A DNA stretch of 64,000 bases from an uncultured delta proteobacterium (GTDB taxonomy: Bacteria; Myxococcota; Myxococcia; Myxococcales; Myxococcaceae), in the NCBI GenBank assembly GCA_963796055.1, contig CAWCKH010000004.1, positions 3,296,001 through 3,360,000 on the forward strand. The letters are read 5' to 3'. The notes beneath the pieces were generated by a model. The model made no database searches and was not told where the DNA came from. It saw only the letters and a program-made list of their open reading frames with translations. Below are positions 56,438-64,000 of the stretch, in pieces. A program made the position numbers and the translations under genes. The first letter of the stretch is position 1. Every line of letters begins with the position of its first letter.

Positions 56438-58645
56438 CTACACCGACGAGCGGCGGCGGCGTCGGTCTCTCGCGCGCTCGCGCCGGCTCTGGCGAAGCCC
56501 GAGCTCTCCCGGGGTGGGCGTGCCCTCTCGCGGGGGCTCGATGGCCCTGGGTGCCCCGGCCGAGGCCAGCGCGGGCAGCCGGACCACGAAGGTGGACCCC
56601 TCGCCGACCCTGCTCAGCACCGAGATGCTGCCCCCGTGACTCTTCACGATGCGCTGGCAGATGGCCAGCCCCAGCCCGGTGCCCTTCTGCTTGGTGGTGA
56701 AGAAGGGGACGAAGATGTTGGGCTGCTGCTCCGGTGGGATGCCCGGCCCGTCGTCGGCGACGTCGATCTCCACGAAGTCGCCCGCGGCGCGCAGATCCGC
56801 GAACCGCTCGGGCCCCCGGGTGCGGACCCGGATGGTGCCAGGGGCGGTCCCCAGGGCCTGCATGGCGTTCTGCACCAGGTTGATGAGCACCTGTTTGAGC
56901 TGCTCCGGGTCGCCCTCCACCGCGGGGAGCGACTCGCCGAGCTCCACCACCAGCGCCAGCCGACCGGGGATCTCGTTCTGGATCAGCCGGATGGTGCGGG
57001 CCACCACCTCGTTGATGTCCACCGTGCCGAAGCTCTGCTTCAGCGGCCGGGCGTAGTCGAGGAACTGGGTCACCACGCCGTTCAGCCGGTTGACCTCCTC
57101 GACGATGACGTCCAGGAACTCCCCCTCCTCGCCGGCCCGGGGCCGCGGCTCGAGGCACTGGGCGGCGCCCTTGATCGCCCCCAGCGGGTTCCTGATCTCG
57201 TGTGCCAGGCCGGCGGCCATCTCGCCCAGGGCTGCCAGCCGGTCGCGCTCCCGCATCCGCTCGTACAGCTTGCTGTTCTCGACGATGGTCGCCAGCCGCT
57301 CGGCCACCTCCAGCACCATGGCGATCTCGTCCGAGGCGAAGGCCTCCGGCACCCGCTCGTCCCAGAGGTTGAGGAAGCCCACCACCCGGTCACCGCCCAC
57401 CAGGGGCACGGTGAAGGCGGACTTGACCGAGAGGAGCGCGTTGCGGGTGTCGAGCGTGCGCTTCAGCTCCTCCCGGCTCCGCCGTCCCTCCGCCGTCCGG
57501 GTGCGCATCTCGATGATCCGGCGCTCGAGATTCTCCAGGAGAACCGCCTTCTGCCCGCTGGCCGCCGCCGAGAGGAGGCCCCGGGCCGCCGCGGCGTCGA
57601 GGAACGCCGCCGGTTCGGGGCCGCGGAAGTTCGCCCGCTGGAACCCGGGGCGGTCCTCGGACAGGAGGTACACCGAGGCGTGCGTCACCCGCCGCGTCTC
57701 CTCCAGCGCGTCGAGGATGACCTCGGTGGCCTCCCCCGGGTCGATGACGTTGGCCAGCCGGGTCCGGAGCGCGGCCAGCGACCGGAGCAGCTCGCTCCGC
57801 TCGCGGAAGAAGATGTGCACCACCTGCGCCTCGACCTTCGCCCGGAGGGGCTCGAGGAGGATGCCGATCACGAAGGCGGAGAGGACGGTGTTGAACAGGT
57901 AGAGCGAGGTGTTCCCCTTCACCCAGGCGGTGAGCACCAGGAACACCGCGGCCAGCATCACCGCCAGCACGGTCTGGCTCGCCACCTTCCCCAGCAGCTC
58001 GTGCAGGTCCATCAGCCGCAGCCGGAGCAAGGTCTGGGCGAGGAAGAAGAGGTAGAGCGTGGTCACCACCGGCCCCAAGGTGGGGAAGGGGAGCCCCAGG
58101 GTGACCAGGCCGTCCAGGGCGGTGAAGAGCAGCGCCGCCGCCGCGCCGATGGCCAGGTAGGTGAGCCGGGCGCGCTCGGTCTTCGAGTCGCTCCGCCCGA
58201 CCCGCCGGACCAGCAAGGACAACGAGAGCAGCATCGTCCCGAAGCCCCAGACCGCCACCACCGAGCGTCCCCAGGCCGACGTGGCCAGGGGCGTCACCGC
58301 CACCGCCAGCCCGAGGATGACCGAGAAGATGGCCACCCGGCGGCTGGTCCTGCGCCCCTGGCTCTGCCCTCCGAGGAACTCGAGGAAGAAGGCCAGCGCG
58401 GCGGACGGCACCACCGCCGCGGCGAAGAGCCGGAGCCCCACCACGATGCGCACCGGCCAGCCGGTGAGCCCCCCGGACAGGAAGACGCTGCGGAGGAAGT
58501 CCGCCAGGTAGAAGGCGCCGGCGGCGAAGGCGAACATCGAGTAGGCGGTCAGGACCCGGGCGCGGCTGGTGCGCAGCACCATGGACAGGCCGAGGGCCGT
58601 GGCCACGATGCAAGCGAGCAGCGAGGTCTGGGTGCGAATGTCCAT
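56438..58645 (-). CDS. multi-TM GAF-domain sensor histidine kinase
   Basis: About 8 TM segments, GAF-like region, AHEIRNPL, NLVQNA, DDGPGI, PFFTTK..GTGLGL. Confidence 0.93.
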   Translation of the reverse strand: MDIRTQTSLLACIVATALGLSMVLRTSRARVLTAYSMFAFAAGAFYLADFLRSVFLSGGLTGWPVRIVVGLRLFAAAVVPSAALAFFLEFLGGQSQGRRTSRRVAIFSVILGLAVAVTPLATSAWGRSVVAVWGFGTMLLSLSLLVRRVGRSDSKTERARLTYLAIGAAAALLFTALDGLVTLGLPFPTLGPVVTTLYLFFLAQTLLRLRLMDLHELLGKVASQTVLAVMLAAVFLVLTAWVKGNTSLYLFNTVLSAFVIGILLEPLRAKVEAQVVHIFFRERSELLRSLAALRTRLANVIDPGEATEVILDALEETRRVTHASVYLLSEDRPGFQRANFRGPEPAAFLDAAAARGLLSAAASGQKAVLLENLERRIIEMRTRTAEGRRSREELKRTLDTRNALLSVKSAFTVPLVGGDRVVGFLNLWDERVPEAFASDEIAMVLEVAERLATIVENSKLYERMRERDRLAALGEMAAGLAHEIRNPLGAIKGAAQCLEPRPRAGEEGEFLDVIVEEVNRLNGVVTQFLDYARPLKQSFGTVDINEVVARTIRLIQNEIPGRLALVVELGESLPAVEGDPEQLKQVLINLVQNAMQALGTAPGTIRVRTRGPERFADLRAAGDFVEIDVADDGPGIPPEQQPNIFVPFFTTKQKGTGLGLAICQRIVKSHGGSISVLSRVGEGSTFVVRLPALASAGAPRAIEPPREGTPTPGELGLRQSRRERARDRRRRRSSV

Positions 58646-58688
58646 GGGAGGACCTGGACCCAAGTCTAATCCCCAATGGTTGCGCACG

Positions 58689-61067
58689 GTGGGCGGACCC
58701 TTCACACTCCGGGGGCTCGCCTGGCCCGCCGTGCTCCTCTCCCTCGTCGCCCTCCTCGTCGTCGCCTCCCCCGACACCTCTCCGGCCGCCCCCACCGACC
58801 CCGCTCCCGACGTGGAGCAGGGGCTGGTTCCCGACGACGTGGTCGAGGTCTGGAACCCGGCGTTCCCTTCCGGCCCGGCCCCGGCGGCCGCCCCGGCCCC
58901 CGCTGGCCGCCGCGTCGAGCTCCGGATGCTCGACCCGGTGTTCACCGGTGAGCTGGCAGCTCCCCGCGCCGAGTTCGAGGCCGGCCGGTACGAGCGCACG
59001 GTGCAGCTGCTGGCGAAGGCCAAGGACACTCCTGCCGTCCGGTACCTCCGGGCCCTGGCCCAGCTCAGGGTGGGGCCGGCGGCCGCGGCCGCGGCGGAGA
59101 TGGAGGCGCTCGCCCGCGAGCTGCCCACCATCGCCGACCGGTGCCGCCTCCAGTCGGCGCTCGCCCGCGAGGAGCTGGGCGAGCTCGATGCCGCCAGACG
59201 CCTCTTCGCCGTCGTCCCCTCCACCTCGCGCGTCTACCCCGATGCCCGCTTCGGCCTCGCCCGCATCCTCCGCCGCCAGGGGGAGCTCGCCCTCGCCGCC
59301 GAGGCGCTCGAGCCGCTGGCCCGCGGTGCCTCTCCGCTCTGGGGACGGGACGTGGCCGCCGAGGCGCTGGTGACGCAGGCCGACCTCGCCCGGGCCCGGC
59401 GCGACGTCGAGGCCGAGCGCCAGGCGCTGCTCGCCCTGTGGAGCGGCCACCCCCGCTCGCCGCTGGCCGCCCAGGCGGAGCGCCGGCTGGGAAAGGCGGC
59501 GCTCTCCGTGCCCGCGGTGGTGGCCCGGGCCGAGGCCCTGGTCGAGCTGCACCGGAACCGACAGGGGCTCGAGGTGCTGCGGCCGGTGCTGCCGCGACTG
59601 AGAGTCCCCGATCCGCTCGCCTGCCGCGCGCGCCTGGTGGAGGGGCGGGCGCTGCGCAAGGAGCGGCGCCACTCCGAGGCGCAGGAGGTGCTCGCGCCGG
59701 TGGCGCGTGCCTGTGCCGATCCGGACCTGCGCGTCCGGGCGCTGTACCTGCTCGGCACCTCGCAGTCCGTCGTCGCCCCCGCCTCGGCGGTGAAGACCTT
59801 CGACGCGCTGGCGAGGGAGTTCCCGGAGAACGCCTTGGCCGACGACGCGCTCTACGTCGCCGCGGATTTGCTGGCCCAGGATGGCGATACCGAGGCCGCG
59901 CTTTCCCGGCTGGAGCGCATCGCCCAGCGCTACCCGGAGGGAGACCAGCTCGGCGAGTCGCTGTTCAAGGTGTTCTGGCTGCGCCAGGGGTCCGGCGACG
60001 AGGCCGGCGCCCTCGCCGCGCTGCAGGCGCTGGAGACGGCGCGCGCGGCAGCCGAGGAGAGCTACGACGTCGAGCGGGCACGGTACTGGCGGGCGCGGGT
60101 GCTGGACCGGGCCAGGCGCGGCGAGGAGGCGCTGGGACTCTGGGAGTCGCTCGCCCTCGAGCACCCGGGCACCTACTACGGGCTGCTGGCCCGCGAGCGG
60201 CTGGCGGAGCGCGACCCGGTGAGAGCGGCACGGGTGGGCACGCAGCTGGCGGAGCTGCCAGCGGCGGTGACGCCGACCGACTTCGAGGCCGGCACCCTGC
60301 TCGACGATCCGCACTTCCTCGCCGGCGCGGAGCTGTTGAGACTGGGATTCAACGACGCCGCCTCGTCCGAGCTGCTCGCCGCCCGCCGCACCGGACAGCC
60401 GCCCGAGGCCCAGCGCCTGGTGGTGGAGGCGCTCGCCCGCACTGGCGACGTCCGGTCGGCCCACGGGGTGGCGCGGCTGGCGCTCCGGCGCGACCTCTCC
60501 GGGCCCGTCGCACCCGGCGCGCGAGACCTGTGGTCCATCGCCTACCCGGACGCCTTCCGCGACCTGGTGGTCCGGTACACCCGGGGCTCGCCGGTGGAGC
60601 CCGAGCTGCTCCAGGCCCTGATGCGCGAGGAGAGCGCGCTGGACCCCCGCGCGCTCTCCTGGGCCGGGGCAGTGGGGCTCACCCAGCTGATGCTTCCCAC
60701 CGCGCGCGAAGTGGCCAGGGCACTGCGCATCCGGGCGCCGAACGCCGAGCAGCTGCAGAACCCCTCCACCAACATCCAGCTCGGGGCGGCGCACCTCGCC
60801 CGCCTGCTGCAGCACTTCGACGGCAACGTGGCCCTGGCCCTGGCGAGCTACAACGCCGGGGAGGGCGCGGTGAACCGCTGGCGCGCGGCGCGCCCCGACT
60901 CCGAGCTGGACCGCTGGGTGGAGGAGATCCCGCTCTCCGAGACCCGGGGCTACGTCAAGCGGGTGCTCCGGAGCTGGAACACCTACCGCCTGCTCGGCGG
61001 ACGCCCCCTGCCCGGGGTGGTCAAGACCACGGCTCCGGCCGCGCCGCGTGCGGAGCGCGACCGATGA
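58689..61067 (+). CDS. Slt70-like soluble lytic transglycosylase with TPR repeats (start uncertain)
   Basis: MREES, SWAGAVGLTQLM, ASYNAGEG, IP..ETRGYVKRV. Confidence 0.9.
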   Translation: MGGPFTLRGLAWPAVLLSLVALLVVASPDTSPAAPTDPAPDVEQGLVPDDVVEVWNPAFPSGPAPAAAPAPAGRRVELRMLDPVFTGELAAPRAEFEAGRYERTVQLLAKAKDTPAVRYLRALAQLRVGPAAAAAAEMEALARELPTIADRCRLQSALAREELGELDAARRLFAVVPSTSRVYPDARFGLARILRRQGELALAAEALEPLARGASPLWGRDVAAEALVTQADLARARRDVEAERQALLALWSGHPRSPLAAQAERRLGKAALSVPAVVARAEALVELHRNRQGLEVLRPVLPRLRVPDPLACRARLVEGRALRKERRHSEAQEVLAPVARACADPDLRVRALYLLGTSQSVVAPASAVKTFDALAREFPENALADDALYVAADLLAQDGDTEAALSRLERIAQRYPEGDQLGESLFKVFWLRQGSGDEAGALAALQALETARAAAEESYDVERARYWRARVLDRARRGEEALGLWESLALEHPGTYYGLLARERLAERDPVRAARVGTQLAELPAAVTPTDFEAGTLLDDPHFLAGAELLRLGFNDAASSELLAARRTGQPPEAQRLVVEALARTGDVRSAHGVARLALRRDLSGPVAPGARDLWSIAYPDAFRDLVVRYTRGSPVEPELLQALMREESALDPRALSWAGAVGLTQLMLPTAREVARALRIRAPNAEQLQNPSTNIQLGAAHLARLLQHFDGNVALALASYNAGEGAVNRWRAARPDSELDRWVEEIPLSETRGYVKRVLRSWNTYRLLGGRPLPGVVKTTAPAAPRAERDR

Positions 61068-62455
61068 GCGACGGCGGGTTGCCCGCGGCGACCCGTGAGC
61101 GGCTGCGGGCGCTGCCCTCGGTCGAGGCGGTGCTGGTCTCCGAGGCAGGGCGGGCGGCGCTGCAAATCCACCCCCGGCCCCGGGTGGTGGAGGCCATCCG
61201 GCGGGTGCTCGGGGTGCTGCGGACGCGGATCCTCCAGGGGGAGGCGGCCAGCTTCTCCTCGGATGCGCTCGGGCCGGCGCTGGTCGCGCTCGGCACGCCG
61301 GGGCTGCGGCCGGTGCTCAACGCCACCGGGGTGGTGCTGCACACCAACCTCGGCCGGGCGCCGCTGGCCCCCGAGGCGCTGGCCCGGGTGGACGCGGTCG
61401 CGCTCGGCTACTCCAACCTCGAGCTGGACCTCGAGACCGGCGAGCGCGGCTCGCGCTTCGCCCCGCTGCTCGAGCCGCTCCGCGCGCTGACCGGGGCGGA
61501 GGACGCAGTGGTGGTGAACAACTGTGCGGCGGCGACGCTCCTGGTCCTCACCGCGCTCGCCGAGGGTCGGGAGGTGGTCGTCTCCCGCGGCGAGCTGGTG
61601 GAGATCGGCGGCGGGTTCCGGATTCCCGACGTGATGCGGCAGTCGCACGCCACCCTGGTCGAGGTCGGCACCACCAACCGAACCCGCCGCGCCGACTACG
61701 AGCGGGCGCTGTCGCCGGCCACCGCGCTGGTGACCAAGGTGCACCGCTCGAACTTCGCCCTGGTGGGCTTCACCGAGGAGGCGTCGGTGGAGGAGCTGGC
61801 CCGGCTGTGCCAGCCCCGTGGCGTGCCGCTCTTCGTCGATGCCGGCAGTGGGCTCCTCGCCCCCCTGGATCTGCCCGGGGCTCCGGGCGAGCCCACCATG
61901 CGGGGACACATCGAGGCCGGGGCGGACCTGGTGGCCTTCTCCGGCGACAAGCTGCTCGGCGGCCCGCAGGCGGGCATCGTGGTGGGCCGGGCCTTCTGGG
62001 TCTCGCGGCTACGGGCGCACCCCCTGGCCAGGGCGCTCCGGGTGGACAAGCTCACCGTGGCGGCGCTCGAGGCCACCCTCCGGATGGCCCAGGACGGTCG
62101 GGCGGACGAGATTCCTGCCCGCGCCCTGGCGCTCGCCCCGGAGCCCGTCCTCCGCGCCCGGGCCGACGCGCTCCGGCAGCACCTGGCCGACGCCGGGGTG
62201 AGCGCCCGTGTGGTCCACGTGGAGGGACAGGTGGGAGGAGGGACGCTTCCCCTGGCTCGCCCGCTCTCCTGGGCCTGCGTGGTCGACGGCGAGGCCGAGG
62301 CGCTCGCCGCCCGGCTGCGCACCGGCGAGCCGTCGGTGCTGGGGCGCATCGAGGACGGGCGTCTGGTGCTGGACGTCCGGTGCATCGACGACCGGGAGGT
62401 GGGACAGGTCGCGGCGGCGGTGGCGGCGGCGAGCGCACCGCTTCCTGGCGTGTAA
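61064..62455 (+). CDS. selA: L-seryl-tRNA(Sec) selenium transferase
   Basis: VLNATGVVLHTNLGRAPL, SRGELVEIGGGFRIPDV, EVGTTNRT, FSGDKLLGGPQAG. Confidence 0.95.
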   Translation: MSDGGLPAATRERLRALPSVEAVLVSEAGRAALQIHPRPRVVEAIRRVLGVLRTRILQGEAASFSSDALGPALVALGTPGLRPVLNATGVVLHTNLGRAPLAPEALARVDAVALGYSNLELDLETGERGSRFAPLLEPLRALTGAEDAVVVNNCAAATLLVLTALAEGREVVVSRGELVEIGGGFRIPDVMRQSHATLVEVGTTNRTRRADYERALSPATALVTKVHRSNFALVGFTEEASVEELARLCQPRGVPLFVDAGSGLLAPLDLPGAPGEPTMRGHIEAGADLVAFSGDKLLGGPQAGIVVGRAFWVSRLRAHPLARALRVDKLTVAALEATLRMAQDGRADEIPARALALAPEPVLRARADALRQHLADAGVSARVVHVEGQVGGGTLPLARPLSWACVVDGEAEALAARLRTGEPSVLGRIEDGRLVLDVRCIDDREVGQVAAAVAAASAPLPGV

Positions 62456-62499
62456 GTCGGACTGCCCACTAGAATCCTCGGCCGGCGACGTCGCCGAAC

Positions 62500-63489
62500 G
62501 TGAAGCGCTACGGCCTGAACAACGTGGTGGAGCTGGCCCGGCAGCGGCCACGCCCCGACGAGCTGCCTGCAGGCCGTCGGGCGCGGCGCATCGTGGCCGT
62601 GGGCGGAGGAAAAGGCGGCATCGGCAAGTCGCTGGTCTCGGCGAATCTGGGCATCGCGCTGGCCCGGGCCGGAAATCGGGTCATGCTGGTGGACGTCGAC
62701 CTCGGCGGGGCGAACCTCCACACCTGCCTCGGCATCAACCAGCCCCAGGGCACGCTGTCCGACGTGGTGACCAAGGGGACCCGCATCGAGGCGCTGGCGG
62801 CGCCGACGGGCGTCGCGAATCTCAGCCTGGTCTCCGGCGCCACGGATGCGCTCGACGCGGCGAATCCGCGGGCGCAGGCCCGGGCGCGCCTGGTGGAGCA
62901 GCTGCAGACCATCGACACCGACTACCTGGTGCTGGACCTCGGCGCCGGCACCTCGCTCCACACCATCGACTTCTTCCTCCTCGCGGACCACGGGGTACTG
63001 GTCCTCCTCCCCGAGCCGACCTCGGTGGAGAACGCCTACCGGTTCCTGAAGGCCGCGCTGTTCCGGCGGCTGCAGCAGACCGCCCAGGCGCTGGGGGTGG
63101 CGCAGGTGGCGGAGGCGGCGCTGGGCAGCCAGGGCAGCGCGATGCGGACGCCGGCCGAGGTGGTGAAGGCGGTGGCCGAGAGCCATCCGGAGGCAGCGGC
63201 CCAGCTGGAGCGCTCGCTGCGCGATTTCCGGGTGAAGCTGGTGGTCAACCAGGTCCGCTCGCCGGCGGACCAGAGCGTGGGCCGCGCGGTGGTGGCGGCG
63301 TGGAAGAAGTTCTTCGGGCTGGACATGGATTACCTGGGGGCGATCGCCTACGACGACGCCGCCTGGCAGACGGTGCGGAAGCGGCGGCCGCTCCTGGTGG
63401 ACGCGGCCGCCTCGGCGGTGGCGACGAACCTGGCGGAGGTGGCCGAGGCGCTGGTCGCGCTCGACCGTCCGAGGTCGGCTGGGCGATGA
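62500..63489 (+). CDS. FlhG/FleN/MinD-like ATPase
   Basis: GGGKGGIGKS, DVDLGGANLH, LDLGAG, PEPTSVENAY. Confidence 0.9.
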   Translation: MKRYGLNNVVELARQRPRPDELPAGRRARRIVAVGGGKGGIGKSLVSANLGIALARAGNRVMLVDVDLGGANLHTCLGINQPQGTLSDVVTKGTRIEALAAPTGVANLSLVSGATDALDAANPRAQARARLVEQLQTIDTDYLVLDLGAGTSLHTIDFFLLADHGVLVLLPEPTSVENAYRFLKAALFRRLQQTAQALGVAQVAEAALGSQGSAMRTPAEVVKAVAESHPEAAAQLERSLRDFRVKLVVNQVRSPADQSVGRAVVAAWKKFFGLDMDYLGAIAYDDAAWQTVRKRRPLLVDAAASAVATNLAEVAEALVALDRPRSAGR

Positions 63490-64000
63490 CCGCCACCGAG
63501 GAGCCGACGCTGTACGACGTGCTGGAGGTGGACCCCGCCTCCTCGCTCGACGAGCTCCGGGCGGCGGTGGAGCGGGCCCGCGAGACGTACGGCCAGGAGT
63601 CCCTCGCCGTCTACGCGCTGGTCGACGAGGACCAGCTCGAGGAGGTCCGGGCGAGGCTGGACGAGGCGGCGACGGTGCTGCTCGACCCCGCGCGCCGGGC
63701 CACCTACGACCGGTCCATCGGCCGGATCGGCCCGGCGACGCTCTGGGCCGAAGACGACGAGGAAGACGCCGCGCCGCTGCCGCCCATCGAGCCGGGTCCC
63801 CACGCCCGGGCCGCCCCGCTGGAGCTCGAGGCGGAGCCGGAACGCGAGGACCAGCCGCCCCCGCGGCAGCAGGCCCTGGCGCTCGAGGTTCCCGAGGTAC
63901 CTGGCCGCTTCGGCCGGACCGCGGGGGCCGCGCCGCCCGAGGCCTCCGATCGGGAGGGGCCGGACGCAGGCAACCCTGCGCTGCTGCTGAGCGGAGACTG
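63486..64000 (+). CDS. J-domain-like protein lacking HPD (partial, runs off the window)
   Basis: Manual translation: MTATEEPTLYDVLEVDPASSLDELRAAVERARETY...VLLDPARRATYDRSIG. ATGA overlap with the ATPase gene. Confidence 0.75.
   Translation, partial: MTATEEPTLYDVLEVDPASSLDELRAAVERARETYGQESLAVYALVDEDQLEEVRARLDEAATVLLDPARRATYDRSIGRIGPATLWAEDDEEDAAPLPPIEPGPHARAAPLELEAEPEREDQPPPRQQALALEVPEVPGRFGRTAGAAPPEASDREGPDAGNPALLLSGD

Overview
GC-rich chromosomal segment, most likely from a myxobacterium (Myxococcota; inferred from CglB-, Nla6S- and AgmX-type proteins). From left to right: hrpB (partial), three small genes, a DsrE-like gene, two tandem cglB-like vWA lipoproteins, rimK-like and rlmB; the conserved tRNA(Thr-Tyr-Gly-Thr)-tuf-rpmG-tRNA(Trp)-secE-nusG-rplK-rplA block, where tuf carries a +1 frameshift; a ~2.6 kb counter-oriented insert between rplA and rplJ (palindromic repeats, a thioredoxin-reductase fragment, exported MsrB/MsrA); rplJ-rplL-rpoB-rpoC; a frameshifted CPBP protease and bcp; a sulfur-relay cluster (MoeB-type E1, TusA-like protein, inactive-E1/JAB fusion, then sigma54-driven divergent cysC and larE); truA, a GYF/TonB-C protein, clpX, a lidless Hsp70, prkA, a dCMP deaminase, an Nla6S/Nla6-like two-component pair, a two-domain ArsA/Get3 ATPase, accA and cmk; a sigma54-type pilY1-fimU-pilV-pilW-pilX operon; a sensor kinase, a TPR lytic transglycosylase, selA, a FlhG/MinD-like ATPase and a partial J-like protein. 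The best candidate for an undescribed system is the apparently split, heterodimeric E1 at 28490-30377: one gene has the catalytic motifs but lacks the N-terminal arginine-finger helix, and a second gene has that helix but no P-loop and is fused to an intact JAB protease. No CRISPR array, rRNA, integrase or transposase was seen. All calls come from reading motifs by eye, and several start codons are estimates.
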